The translations under genes were made by a program, and so were the position numbers. A DNA stretch of 64,000 bases from the NCBI GenBank assembly GCA_963850305.1, contig CAWKKR010000001.1:1-64000 (forward strand), in the 5' to 3' direction. The DNA comes from an uncultured delta proteobacterium (lineage in GTDB: Bacteria > Myxococcota_A > Polyangia > Polyangiales > Polyangiaceae). Shown one piece after another: positions 1 to 11,152 of the stretch (position 1 is the first letter of the stretch; every line of letters starts with the position of its first letter). The notes under the pieces are model-generated. The model did no database searches. It was not told the origin of the DNA and was given only the letters and a program-made list of their open reading frames with translations.

Positions 1-3000
1 CCGCCGAGGGCGGGAGGGAGTGCTGCGATGCCCGAAGTGCCGGGTCCTGAGGAGCGCCCCCCTTAGTTTCCCCAATCGCCGTCGGTGGGACTGGGCTTCC
101 GCAGCCCGCCGATCGCCCACGGGGCTTTGGCTTCGATCGGTGACATGCACAGTGAAGAGCGGATCGCGGGCGTCACCAGCCCGGTGACGCCGCGGGAGTC
201 ATCGCCAATCAGAGCCCCGATCGCGCGGTGGGCGACGCGGGCGGCTCCGAGATCTCCGGCCTCGTAGGCGAGGGCGAGCTCCCCAGCGAGGACTGCAATC
301 AGGCCCCGCGTTCCGACACCCGCGAGCGGGCGGAGTGGTTCCCCAGCTCCAATCGCGGCCGCTGTCGTCGTCTCGTCAGTGATTTCCTTGGCCGCGTCGT
401 CTCGCCAGTGGTGGCGAACGCCGGCGCGGGAGGGCGCAGGGCGCGCCAAGGGCAGGAGAATCCCGCAGGGTGACGCAAGTGGCGCGCAGAGGTCGGTTCT
501 GCGGAAAATCGCCAAGCTTGGGGACGGAATCGGAATCACTTGTCCCGCTCCGAGAAAGATGCTGGATTGTGAGACGAGAGGGGTGGGGCTGAGGGGGCCG
601 GATACCTGACCGGGTACCTCGGTGGCCCGCTGGATCCACCGCAGCCAGCAGGCCGTGATCGAGTACCTCGTGGCGGAGAACCGGGGCCTCCGTGAGCAGC
701 TGGGCGGCAGACGCTGCGGCTCACCGATGACCAGCGCCGACATTGCTCACCCTGGCGCGACGTCGACCGTGTCCGGCAGCTCGTCTTCGTCGGAGTCTGA
801 ATCGAACGGAAAGTGACGCGCCAGCACGCGCGCGACTTCGGCGATGCCGGCGAGCACGCCTGCATTGAAGTCCCCTCGACGAAAGTGCGGCGTCATCACG
901 CCAATGACGTCGTCCCAGAATTGCTGTCCCACCCTGTAGTGGATGCCCTGGTCCCCTCGGATGACGAAGCTTCGCCGCGCAGGCACGATGAAGATCAGGC
1001 CGCCGTCCTCGCTTTCGTCTTCGACATGCCGAGCCGGTCGAAGGACGCTCCGCGGCGCGCTCGACGCTTCCCCAGAAGAACGGAGCTATCGACACCCTGA
1101 TTCGCCCGAGTAAGCTTCTCCGCTTCTTCTATCGCGGTGCGGACGATGTCGAAGTCCAAGAAGATTCGAGCCGTCTTCGCCTCCAAAACATCGATGACCT
1201 CCGTTACCGGATTCGCTCGGCCGCCGCCGCCCGAGCGGCCGCCGCCGCCGCTGAACCCGCCGCCGCCGCCGCCCCCGCCGCCTCCGTAGCCGCCGCCCCC
1301 GTTCATGATCGAAAAGAGGAGATACATCGCGAGCGAGGGATGTGTGACCAGGAGCACGAGAAACATGATTGCCAGGACGCCGAAGAGTAGGAGCTCTCCC
1401 AAGCTCATGTGATGGGGCGCGCCTGCGTCAGGCGCCGGCTGGCCGCGACCCAAGTCCGGAACGGCCTTGCCCTCAATCGCGGTGAGGAGCGCGTCGACGC
1501 CCGCTGTGAGCGCGCCGTTCGCGTCTCCGGCTTTGAGCCGTGGCCCCATCACGTCGTCGATGATGCGGCCTGCCGTCACGTCGGGCACGCGACCTTCGAG
1601 GCCGTAGCCGACCTGGATCGCTATTTTGCGATCCTGTGAGAGGACGATCATGAGGACGCCGTCGTCGAGGCCCTTGCGCCCGATGCGCCATGCCTTGAAC
1701 GTTCGGACTGCGAAGTCGTCGATGGGCGTGTCGCCGCTCGTGCGGCCAATCCACACGACGACCTGATGGCCAGATTGTCGTTCGTAGTTCTCGAGACGAA
1801 CATCGAGAGCGTCCCGAACCGAGGGCGACAGCATGCCGACGGCGTCGGTGAGAAAGTGCGAGGGAGAGGGGGGATTGGCGCTTCGGCGCCGAGAGCCATG
1901 ACCGCCAAGAAGACCCACGCGACGACGAACGGAAGCACGAACAGCCGGGGAGCACGGTTCGGGCCGCGCTCCCGAACGACGCTCGCGGTACCGGTCGCCA
2001 CGAGGCCGCTCAGAACTTCACTTGGGGCGCCTTTTCGGCGCCCTCGGCGGCGTGGAAATACGCTTCTCGTTGAACCTGCCGCCGAAGAACCCGGCAAATA
2101 TCGTGGTCGGAAACGAGTCGCGCGTCGTGTTGAACTGCTGCGCGGCTTCGTTGAAGCGCATGCGCTCGACGGCGATGCGATTCTCCGTTCCCTCGAGCTG
2201 CGTCTGAAGGTCGCGAAAGTTCTGAGTCGCCTTGAGATCCGGGTACCTTTCGACGACCACCATGAGCCGCGACAGCGCGGAGGTGAGCTGGTCTTGCGCG
2301 GCCTGGTACTTGTTCAGGGCGTTCGGGTCCGAGGGAACCGCGGCCGCGGTTCCGCCGCTGACCTCCGCGGCTTTGCTCCGGGCCTCCGTGACGGCGGTGA
2401 ACGTATCCTTTTCGAAGGCGGCCGCGCCCTTGACGGTTTCGACCAGGTTCGGCACCAGATCGAGCCGCCGTTGATAGACGTTCGCGACCTGCGCCCACGT
2501 GACTTCACCGCTTGATCGAGCGAGACCAGGTTATTGTACGAAGAAGCGGCGCAACCCGCCGGCAAGAGCACGAACGCCGCGAGAAGCCCGAGCACGATGA
2601 GAAGAGTTTTCGACATGCGCGTGGCGCGGACCCTAGCAATATATCGGCGCGAAGCCATCTATCCGGCCCGAAGCGCGAGAGCGGCGCAGTAAGCACGCCG
2701 TTCCATTCGCACGGCTCGAGATTGGATTGAGTCTAGGCCTTCGGCCGGCGAGTCGACGCTGGATCATCGATCCGCGTGTGACCGGGTCATCGGTCCGCGC
2801 GTGAAAAGGACCGTGGCGCCGACAAATGACCATGGACGCGCGCTCGCCCTTCGCGCGATACGCCTCTCGAGACGTAACGCGTTTCAGGAGGCGTAAAACC
2901 ATGGTTCGTGTCATTCGGTCGGCGATCATCTCGAACGGCAAGGTGCCGGAGGCCATTGCGTGGGCGAAGGAAGTGTCGGCTCTGGTCGAGAAGTTAGGGG

Positions 3001-5729
3001 TGCCCAAGGTGAAGGTGTTCGTCGACGTCGGGGGCGCCGTCGGCACTATCCGCTGGATGGCGGACTACGAGTCTCTGGATCACCTCGACAAGACCAACGT
3101 GAAGCTGATGAGCGACCCCGGCTACTTCGGCTTCCTGAAGAAGGCGGCGGACGCCGGCCTCTACATCGACGGTCAGGTCGTCGATATCATCGCCTCCGAG
3201 CTGCCCTGAGCATCTCCGGTACCGGCGCCCCGCCGAAGCGGAATCGAGCGGCATGACCGGCGTGACTCTGGATGCCGGAGCGCTCATCATCTGCGCGAGG
3301 CGAGCCGCCCAGGCGATCGCGACCGATCCGGGGGATCTTCTTCGCCTGGATCCGTCGGCGTCAGTCGTGAAGATCTGACGGGCCTGGCGCCGGGTTGCCA
3401 CGCGCGCCCGCGGAGGGACGAGTGATCGCAGTCGAGCAGGCGGGTGAGCTTTCGGGGCGGTGATCAGCTTGACCCACCGGGGTGATCAGCTTCACCCACC
3501 GAGGTGATCAGCTTCACCCACCGAGGTGATCGGCTTCACCCACCGACGTGATCAGGTTGACCCACCGGGGTGATCAGGTTGACCCACCGAGGTGATCAGC
3601 TTCACCCACCCGGGTGATCAGCTTCACCCACCCGGGTGATCGGCTTCACCCACCGGGGTGATCAGGTTGACCCACCGGGGTGATCAGGTTGACCCACCGA
3701 GGTGATCAGCTTCACCCACCGGGGTGATCAGGTTGACCCACCGGGGTGATCAGGTTGACCCACCGGGGTGATCAGGTTGACCCACCGGGGTGATCAGGTT
3801 CACCCACCGGGGTGATCAGGTTGACCCACCGAGGTGATCAGGTTGACCCACCGGGGTGATCAGGTTGACCCACCGGGGTGATCAGCTTCACCCACCGAGG
3901 GGAGCTCGTTACCCCACCGAGGGACGGCGCGGGTGCTCGTTGCGGGCTCGGCGGTGTCCGCGGAGTGACTGGCCCCTTCGTGTCGAGCCGCGATGCGGGC
4001 GAGGGCACGGGCCCGCTCCGTCAAACCGCCCCCTGCCGGAACCGTTGCTTGTCGGTGGCCTTGAGATACGCCTCGCGGACGTCGATGGTGCCCGAGGTGA
4101 GTAGCGCGGCCAGCGCATCATCCATCGTCTGCATTCCCTGGGCTCGTCCGGCGCCGATGATGGAATGCACCATGCTGGTCTTGCCCTCTCGAATGGCGCC
4201 GACCATGCCGCTCGTGCGGATGAGAATCTCGTGAGCGGCAACGCGGCCCCCCGCGGTGCTCTTGCACAGGACCTGTGACACGACCGCGCCGAGGGAGTCC
4301 GCGAGCGCGACTCGCGTCCGGGCCTGTTGATCGGAAGGGAATGCGCCGATGAGGCGATCGACCGTCTTGGCGGCGCTCGACGTGTGGAGCGTCCCGAAGA
4401 CGAGGATGCCCATGCTGGCTCCTTCGATCGCCAGGGAGATGGTTTCGAAATCTCGTAGCTCGCCGACCAGCACGACGTCTGCGTCCTCGCGAAGCGCAGC
4501 TCGGAGCGCGGAGGCAAACGACTCCGTGTCGCGGCCGACCTCGCGGTGTGAGATGACCGATCGCTTGTTCTGGTGGACGAATTCCAGCGGGTCTTCGACC
4601 GTGACGATGTGACGCGTGTGTTTGCGGTTCACGAGATCGATGATCGAGGCGAGAGTCGTCGACTTTCCGCTCCCGGTCGGGCCCGTGACGAGAACCAGAC
4701 CCGACTCGAGGTCGGCGAGAGTGCCCACGACGGCCGGGAGCCCCAGCTGTTCGAAGGGGATGATGTTCTCCGGCACGAGCCGAAAGACGGCCGCGACTCC
4801 GCTCTCTTGCTCCAGGTAGTTTCCGCGGAAGCGGGCCGTGCCGCTCATCTCGTACGCGAAGTCCGGATCGCCCGAATCGACGAACGATTGCCACTGAACA
4901 TCGTCGACCAGCTCACGCTACATGGCCCGCAGAGCCAGGTCGTCAATCGGCGTGGTACGAACGGGATGAACCTCCGTGTGAGCGGATCCAGGCGGCCTGC
5001 CCGCGGCCAGGTGCAATGGACCCATGGTCTTCTACGGGTCGAGTGAAAAACGCATGAAGCCTCGGCACTATTTGAAGCGGTCCTTGTTTTCCGCGAACGC
5101 CGGGCCTGGTCTTGTTGATGGTGGCGGTCAGCGACCGACAGGGAGTCGGGAGTGACCATGCCCTGGACTTTCCGGTCTGCATGATGGAACCACCTGGATC
5201 TTTTCTTCGCGGATAGAGTTCGTGACCGCCGTGTCACGATGAGCACCTTGGGCGCGACGACGCGGCGGTGCCGTCGTTCCGCGAACCAGGCGCTGGCTCA
5301 CGACCGCGCGCAGCGACTCCGAGAGCGTACCCGGACCTGCGCCTGTTCGTCCGCCGGGACTCGCTGATGATGTGGCCGATGGTCTGGCCGGCCTGCCGGT
5401 GTGGAGCGTGCCCATCACCAGATGTCCGGTCTCGGCGGCGACCATCGCCAGGCTCATCGTCTTCGGTCCCCCGCAACTCGGTGATGGCGATGACGTCGGG
5501 TCTTCACGCAGCCGCCCACAAGCCGCGCGCGAACGATCGGTGCGACCGACATGGCGTTCGTCACGATGGCTTCTCCGCCACGATAGACGACTCAACAGGG
5601 TTTTCGATGGTGAGGATGTGATCCTTCCGCGACGCGACGATGACGTTGAGCAACGCGGCGAGGGTCGGGCGTCTTGCCGCATCCGGCGGGCCCGGTGCAC
5701 AGCACCACCCGGTGGAAAACTCGCGACCG
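1..5729 (-). repeat. Left arm of a ~5.7-kb inverted duplication (reverse complement of ~5881-11661); carries error-ridden copies of pilT, the 22-bp array, lemA and the TPM genes
   Basis: Base 1 (ccgccgagggcgggagggagtgctgcg) is the reverse complement of 11661 backwards. ORFs mirror each other (4021-4848- vs 6573-7628+, 2826-3209+ vs 8440-8823-). Indels cluster at both ends of this arm. Confidence 0.97.
3457..3898. repeat. Mirror copy of the 22-bp tandem array (inside the duplicated arm)
   Basis: Repeats of ggggtgatcaggttgacccacc; reverse complement of 7753-8192. Confidence 0.95.
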
Positions 5730-6573
5730 ATGGCGAGGTGGACTTCGCGCTCGAGCTCCCGAAATTGGACGCTTCCGGGCCAACGCTTACCGCCAGCACC
5801 GGGGGCTCGACATCGTTTTCAGGGTCCTGCCACCCGATCCGCCCCGGCTCGAGCAGCTCGGCCTACCGAGTGCCCTGGCGCGGCTCGTAGATTTTCGCAC
5901 CGGGATGGTGCTGTGCACCGGGCCCGCCGGATGCGGCAAGAGCACGACCCTCGCCGCGTTGCTCAACGTCATCGTCGCGTCGCGGAAGGATCACATCCTC
6001 ACCATCGAAAACCCTGTCGAGTTCGTCTATCGCGGCGGAGAAGCCATCGTGACGCAACGCCAGGTCGGTTCGCACACGCGATCGTTCGCGCGCGGCTTGC
6101 GGGCGGCGCTGCGTGAAGACCCCGACGTCATCGCCATCACCGAGTTGCGGGACCGAGAGACGATGAGCCTGGCGATGACCGCCGCCGAGACCGGACATCT
6201 GGTGATGGGCACGCTCCACACCGGCAGCGCCGGCCAGACCATTGGCCGCATCATCAGCGCGTTCCCGGCGGACGAACAGGCGCAGGTCCGGGGAACGCTC
6301 TCGGAGTCGCTGCGCGCGGTCGTGAGCCAGCGCCTGGTTCCGCGGAGCGACGGCAACGGCCGCGTCGTCGCGCTCGAGGTGCTCATCGTGAACACGGCGG
6401 TCACGAACTTGATCCGCGAAGAAAAGGAATACCAGGTGGGTTCGATCATGCAGACCGGAAAGAGCCAGGGCATGGTCACTCTCGACGACTCCCTGTCGGA
6501 ACTGCTGACCGCCGGAACCATCGACAAGACGCAGGCCCGGCGCTTCGCGGAAAACAAGGACCGCTTCAAATAG
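5730..6573 (+). CDS. pilT: PilT/PilU-family retraction ATPase, 5'-truncated at the fold-back junction
   Basis: GRFRANAY, Walker A GPAGCGKST, ENPVEF, ALREDPDVI, GHLVMGTLHT, AVTNLIRE (AIRNLIRE-like). The N-terminal domain is missing. Confidence 0.9.
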
Positions 6574-7628
6574 TGCCGAGGCTTCATGCGTTCTTCACTC
6601 GACTCGTAGAAGACCACGGGTCCGATCTGCACCTGGCCGCGGGCAGGCCGCCTGCAATCCGCTCACACGGAGAGGTTCATCCCGTCCCGGACCAACCGCC
6701 CATCGACGACGCGGCTCTGCGGGCCATGCTGCGTGAGCTGGTCGACGACGTTCAGTGGCAATCGTTCGTCGATTCGGGCGATCTGGACTTCGCGTACGAG
6801 ATGAGCGGCACGGCCCGCTTCCGCGGAAACTACCTGGAGCAAGAGAGCGGAGTCGCGGCCGTCTTTCGGCTCGTGCCGGAGAACATCATCCCCTTCGAAC
6901 AGCTGGGGCTCCCGGCCGTCGTGGGCACTCTCGCCGACCTCGAGTCGGGTCTGGTTCTCGTCACGGGCCCGACCGGGAGCGGAAAGTCGACGACTCTCGC
7001 CTCGATCATCGATCTCGTGAACCGCAAACACACGCGTCACATCGTCACGGTCGAAGACCCGCTGGAATTCGTCCACCAGAACAAGCGATCGGTCATCTCA
7101 CACCGCGAGGTCGGCCGCGACACGGAGTCGTTTGCCTCCGCGCTCCGAGCTGCGCTTCGCGAGGACGCAGACGTCGTGCTGGTCGGCGAGCTACGAGATT
7201 TCGAAACCATCTCCCTGGCGATCGAAGGAGCCAGCATGGGGATCCTCGTCTTCGGGACGCTCCACACGTCGAGCGCCGCCAAGACGGTCGATCGCCTCAT
7301 CGGCGCATTCCCTTCCGATCAACAGGCCCGGACGCGAGTCGCGCTCGCGGACTCCCTCGGCGCGGTCGTGTCACAGGTCCTGTGCAAGAGCACCGCGGGG
7401 GGCCGCGTTGCCGCTCACGAGATTCTCATCCGCACGAGCGGCATGGTCGGCGCCATTCGAGAGGGCAAGACCAGCATGGTGCATTCCATCATCGGCGCCG
7501 GACGAGCCCAGGGAATGCAGACGATGGATGATGCGCTGGCCGCGCTACTCACCTCGGGCACCATCGACGTCCGCGAGGCGTATCTCAAGGCCACCGACAA
7601 GCAACGGTTCCGGCAGGGGGCGGTTTGA
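6573..7628 (+). CDS. pilT: Second PilT/PilU-family ATPase (351 aa)
   Basis: GSDLHL, Walker A GPTGSGKST, EDPLEF, ALREDADVVLVGELRD, GTLHT. The GTG start overlaps the upstream stop. Confidence 0.93.
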   Translation: MPRLHAFFTRLVEDHGSDLHLAAGRPPAIRSHGEVHPVPDQPPIDDAALRAMLRELVDDVQWQSFVDSGDLDFAYEMSGTARFRGNYLEQESGVAAVFRLVPENIIPFEQLGLPAVVGTLADLESGLVLVTGPTGSGKSTTLASIIDLVNRKHTRHIVTVEDPLEFVHQNKRSVISHREVGRDTESFASALRAALREDADVVLVGELRDFETISLAIEGASMGILVFGTLHTSSAAKTVDRLIGAFPSDQQARTRVALADSLGAVVSQVLCKSTAGGRVAAHEILIRTSGMVGAIREGKTSMVHSIIGAGRAQGMQTMDDALAALLTSGTIDVREAYLKATDKQRFRQGAV

Positions 7629-7730
7629 CGGAGCGGGCCCGTGCCCTCGCCCGCATCGCGGCTCGACACGAAGGGGCCAGTCACTCCGCGGACACCGCCG
7701 AGCCCGCAACGAGCACCCGCGCCGTCCCTC

Positions 7731-8192
7731 GGTGGGGTAACGAGCTCCCCTCGGTGGGTGAAGCTGATCACCCCGGTGGGTCAACCTGATCACCCCGGTG
7801 GGTCAACCTGATCACCTCGGTGGGTCAACCTGATCACCCCGGTGGGTCAACCTGATCACCCCGGTGGGTCAACCTGATCACCCCGGTGGGTCAACCTGAT
7901 CACCCCGGTGGGTCAACCTGATCACCCCGGTGGGTGAAGCTGATCACCTCGGTGGGTCAACCTGATCACCCCGGTGGGTCAACCTGATCACCCCGGTGGG
8001 TGAAGCTGATCACCCGGGTGGGTGAAGCTGATCACCCGGGTGGGTGAAGCTGATCACCTCGGTGGGTCAACCTGATCACCCCGGTGGGTCAACCTGATCA
8101 CGTCGGTGGGTGAAGCCGATCACCTCGGTGGGTGAAGCTGATCACCTCGGTGGGTGAAGCTGATCACCCCGGTGGGTCAAGCTGATCACCGC
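7731..8192. repeat. Non-coding tandem array: 20 units of 22 bp (ggtgggt[c/g]aa[c/g]ctgatcacc[c/t]c) plus one degenerate 5' unit
   Basis: Units start at 7753 and recur every 22 nt to 8171; degenerate unit at 7731-7752; no spacers. Confidence 0.97.
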
Positions 8193-8270
8193 CCCGAAAG
8201 CTCACCCGCCTGCTCGACTGCGATCACTCGTCCCTCCGCGGGCGCGCGTGGCAACCCGGCGCCAGGCCCG

Positions 8271-8396
8271 TCAGATCTTCACGACTGACGCCGACGGATC
8301 CAGGCGAAGAAGATCCCCCGGATCGGTCGCGATCGCCTGGGCGGCTCGCCTCGCGCAGATGATGAGCGCTCCGGCATCCAGAGTCACGCCGGTCAT
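8271..8396 (-). pseudogene. Internally deleted PIN-domain (VapC-like) toxin remnant, 41 aa
   Basis: Translates MTGVTLDAGALIICARRAAQAIATDPGDLLRLDPSASVVKI: a PIN N-terminal TLDAGALI motif fused to a C-terminal TxDPxDL motif, with the middle missing. Confidence 0.6.
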
Positions 8397-8439
8397 GCCG
8401 CTCGATTCCGCTTCGGCGGGGCGCCGGTACCGGAGATGC

Positions 8440-8748
8440 TCAGGGCAGCTCGGAGGCGATGATATCGACGACCTGACCGTCGATGTAGAGGCCGGCGTCC
8501 GCCGCCTTCTTCAGGAAGCCGAAGTAGCCGGGGTCGCTCATCAGCTTCACGTTGGTCTTGTCGAGGTGATCCAGAGACTCGTAGTCCGCCATCCAGCGGA
8601 TAGTGCCGACGGCGCCCCCGACGTCGACGAACACCTTCACCTTGGGCACCCCTAACTTCTCGACCAGAGCCGACACTTCCTTCGCCCACGCAATGGCCTC
8701 CGGCACCTTGCCGTTCGAGATGATCGCCGACCGAATGACACGAACCAT
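8440..8748 (-). CDS. Small hypothetical protein (102 aa), NIPSNAP/dimeric alpha-beta barrel-like
   Basis: ATG at 8748 preceded by aggagg; MVRVIRSAIISNGKVPEAIAWAKEV...IRWMADYESLDHLD; good GC3 bias. Confidence 0.7.
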   Translation of the reverse strand: MVRVIRSAIISNGKVPEAIAWAKEVSALVEKLGVPKVKVFVDVGGAVGTIRWMADYESLDHLDKTNVKLMSDPGYFGFLKKAADAGLYIDGQVVDIIASELP

Positions 8749-9032
8749 GGTTTTACGCCTCCTGAAACGCGTTACGTCTCGAGAGGCGTATCGCGCGAAG
8801 GGCGAGCGCGCGTCCACGGTCATTTGTCGGCGCCACGGTCCTTTTCACGCGCGGACCGATGACCCGGTCACACGCGGATCGATGATCCAGCGTCGACTCG
8901 CCGGCCGAAGGCCTAGACTCAATCCAATCTCGAGCCGTGCGAATGGAACGGCGTGCTTACTGCGCCGCTCTCGCGCTTCGGGCCGGATAGATGGCTTCGC
9001 GCCGATATATTGCTAGGGTCCGCGCCACGCGC

Positions 9033-9641
9033 ATGTCGAAAACTCTTCTCATCGTGCTCGGGCTTCTCGCGGCGTTCGTGCTCTTGCCGGCGGGTTGCGC
9101 CGCTTCTTCGTACAATAACCTGGTCTCGCTCGATCAAGCGGTGAAGTCACAGTGGGCGCAGGTCGCGAACGTCTATCAACGGCGGCTCGATCTGGTGCCG
9201 AACCTGGTCGAAACCGTCAAGGGCGCGGCCGCCTTCGAAAAGGATACGTTCACCGCCGTCACGGAGGCCCGGAGCAAAGCCGCGGAGGTCAGCGGCGGAA
9301 CCGCGGCCGCGGTTCCCTCGGACCCGAACGCCCTGAACAAGTACCAGGCCGCGCAAGACCAGCTCACCTCCGCGCTGTCGCGGCTCATGGTGGTCGTCGA
9401 AAGGTACCCGGATCTCAAGGCGACTCAGAACTTTCGCGACCTTCAGACGCAGCTCGAGGGAACGGAGAATCGCATCGCCGTCGAGCGCATGCGCTTCAAC
9501 GAAGCCGCGCAGCAGTTCAACACGACGCGCGACTCGTTTCCGACCACGATATTTGCCGGGTTCTTCGGCGGCAGGTTCAACGAGAAGGCGTATTTCCACG
9601 CCGCCGAGGGCGCCGAAAAGGCGCCCCAAGTGAAGTTCTGA
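9033..9641 (+). CDS. lemA: LemA family protein
   Basis: YNNLVSLDQAV, YQRRLDLVPNLVETVKG, YPDLKA, LEGTENRIAVER, FP motif. Confidence 0.95.
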   Translation: MSKTLLIVLGLLAAFVLLPAGCAASSYNNLVSLDQAVKSQWAQVANVYQRRLDLVPNLVETVKGAAAFEKDTFTAVTEARSKAAEVSGGTAAAVPSDPNALNKYQAAQDQLTSALSRLMVVVERYPDLKATQNFRDLQTQLEGTENRIAVERMRFNEAAQQFNTTRDSFPTTIFAGFFGGRFNEKAYFHAAEGAEKAPQVKF

Positions 9642-9649
9642 GCGGCCTC

Positions 9650-10450
9650 GTGGCGACCGGTACCGCGAGCGTCGTTCGGGAGCGCGGCCCGAACCGTGCT
9701 CCCCGGCTGTTCGTGCTTCCGTTCGTCGTCGCGTGGGTCTTCTTGGCGGTCATGGCTCTCGGCGCCGAAGCGCCGATCCCCCCCTCTCCCTCGCACTTTC
9801 TCACCGACGCCGTCGGCATGCTGTCGCCCTCGGTTCGGGACGCTCTCGATGTTCGTCTCGAGAACTACGAACGACAATCTGGCCATCAGGTCGTCGTGTG
9901 GATCGGCCGCACGAGCGGCGACACGCCCATCGACGACTTCGCAGTCCGAACGTTCAAGGCATGGCGCATCGGGCGCAAGGGCCTCGACGACGGCGTCCTC
10001 ATGATCGTCCTCTCACAGGATCGCAAAATAGCGATCCAGGTCGGCTACGGCCTCGAAGGTCGCGTGCCCGACGTGACGGCAGGCCGCATCATCGACGACG
10101 TGATGGGGCCACGGCTCAAAGCCGGAGACGCGAACGGCGCGCTCACAGCGGGCGTCGACGCGCTCCTCACCGCGATCGAGGGCAAGGCCGTTCCGGACTC
10201 GGGTCGCGGCCAGCCGGCGCCTGACGCAGGCGCGCCCCATCACATGAGCTTGGGAGAGCTCCTACTCTTCGGCGTCCTGGGAATCATGTTTCTCGTGCTC
10301 CTGGTCACACATCCCTCGCTCGCGATGTATCTCCTCTTTTCGATCATGAACGGGGGCGGCGGCTACGGAGGCGGCGGGGGCGGCGGCGGCGGCGGGTTCA
10401 GCGGCGGCGGCGGCCGCTCGGGCGGCGGCGGCGCGAGCGGATCCTGGTAA
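9650..10450 (+). CDS. TPM-domain membrane protein (YgcG-like) with Gly-rich C-terminus; start uncertain
   Basis: WRIGRKGLDDGVL, IQVGYGLEG, FSGGGGRSGGGGASGSW; follows lemA. Confidence 0.9.
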   Translation: MATGTASVVRERGPNRAPRLFVLPFVVAWVFLAVMALGAEAPIPPSPSHFLTDAVGMLSPSVRDALDVRLENYERQSGHQVVVWIGRTSGDTPIDDFAVRTFKAWRIGRKGLDDGVLMIVLSQDRKIAIQVGYGLEGRVPDVTAGRIIDDVMGPRLKAGDANGALTAGVDALLTAIEGKAVPDSGRGQPAPDAGAPHHMSLGELLLFGVLGIMFLVLLVTHPSLAMYLLFSIMNGGGGYGGGGGGGGGGFSGGGGRSGGGGASGSW

Positions 10451-10462
10451 CGGAGGTCATCG

Positions 10463-10912
10463 ATGTTTTGGAGGCGAAGACGGCTCGAATCATTCTTGGA
10501 CTTCGATAGCGTCCGCACCGCGATAGAAGAAGCGGAGAAGCTTACCTCGGGCGAAATCAGGGTGTCGATAGCTCCGTTCTTCTGGGGAAGCGTCGAGCGC
10601 GCCGCGGAGCGTGCCTTCGACCGGCTCGGCATGTCGAAGACGAAAGCGAGGAACGGCGTCCTCATCTTCATCGTGCCTGCGCGGCGAAGCTTCGTCATCC
10701 GAGGGGACCAGGGCATCCACGACAGGGTCGGACAGCAATTCTGGGACGACGTCATTGGCGTGATGACGCCGCACTTTCGTCGAGGGGACTTCAATGCAGG
10801 CGTGCTCGCCGGCATCGCCGAAGTCGCGCGCGTGCTGGCGCGTCACTTTCCGTACGATCCAGACTCCGACGAAGACGAGCTGCCGGACACGGTCGACGTC
10901 GCGCCAGGGTGA
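10463..10912 (+). CDS. TPM-domain protein (third gene of the lemA operon)
   Basis: AIEEAEKLTSGEIRV, RNGVLI, GDQGI, HFP...DELPD. Confidence 0.9.
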   Translation: MFWRRRRLESFLDFDSVRTAIEEAEKLTSGEIRVSIAPFFWGSVERAAERAFDRLGMSKTKARNGVLIFIVPARRSFVIRGDQGIHDRVGQQFWDDVIGVMTPHFRRGDFNAGVLAGIAEVARVLARHFPYDPDSDEDELPDTVDVAPG

Positions 10913-10915
10913 GCA

Positions 10916-11038
10916 ATGTCGGCGCTGGTCATCGGTGAGCCGCAGCCGTCTGCCGCCCAGCTGCTCACGGAGGACCCGGTTCTCCGCCACGAGGTACTCG
11001 ATCACGTCCTGCTGACTGCGGTGGATCCAGCGGGCCAC
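10916..11038 (-). pseudogene. N-terminal fragment of an rve/integrase-core (IS481/IS3-like) transposase
   Basis: WIHRSQQDVIEYLVAENRVLREQLGGRRLRLTDDQRR resembles the N-terminus of this transposase family; the catalytic domain is absent. Confidence 0.65.
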
Positions 11039-11041
11039 CGA

Positions 11042-11061
11042 GGTACCCGGTCAGGTACCCG
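11042..11061. repeat. GGTACCCG doublet (12-bp period), putative integrase arm site
   Basis: ggtacccggtcaggtacccg ends 47 nt before the att copy at 11108, the same spacing as at 14351-14370. Confidence 0.6.
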
Positions 11062-11107
11062 GCCCCCTCAGCCCCACCCCTCTCGTCTCACAATCCAGCA
11101 TCTTTCT

Positions 11108-11152
11108 CGGAGCGGGACACGAGATTCGAACTCGCGACCCCAAGCTTGGGAA
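11108..11152 (-). repeat. att site: 45-bp duplicate of the tRNA-Gly 3' half
   Basis: cggagcgggacacgagattcgaactcgcgaccccaagcttgggaa is identical to 14417-14461. Confidence 0.95.

Noticed and set aside
747..5729. Independent pseudogenised paralogues of lemA, TPM and pilT
   Set aside because: They are the noisy mirror of 5881-10912, not diverged paralogues.
7731..8192. CRISPR array
   Set aside because: Units are contiguous with no unique spacers, and there are no cas genes in the window.
8753..8776. Third GTAAC...CGTA ECF promoter, upstream of the 102-aa gene
   Set aside because: The spacer is 13 nt rather than 16 and overlaps the RBS.
11108..11152. Second tRNA-Gly gene
   Set aside because: Only the 3' 45 bp are present; the D-arm and 5' acceptor strand are missing, so it is an att copy.
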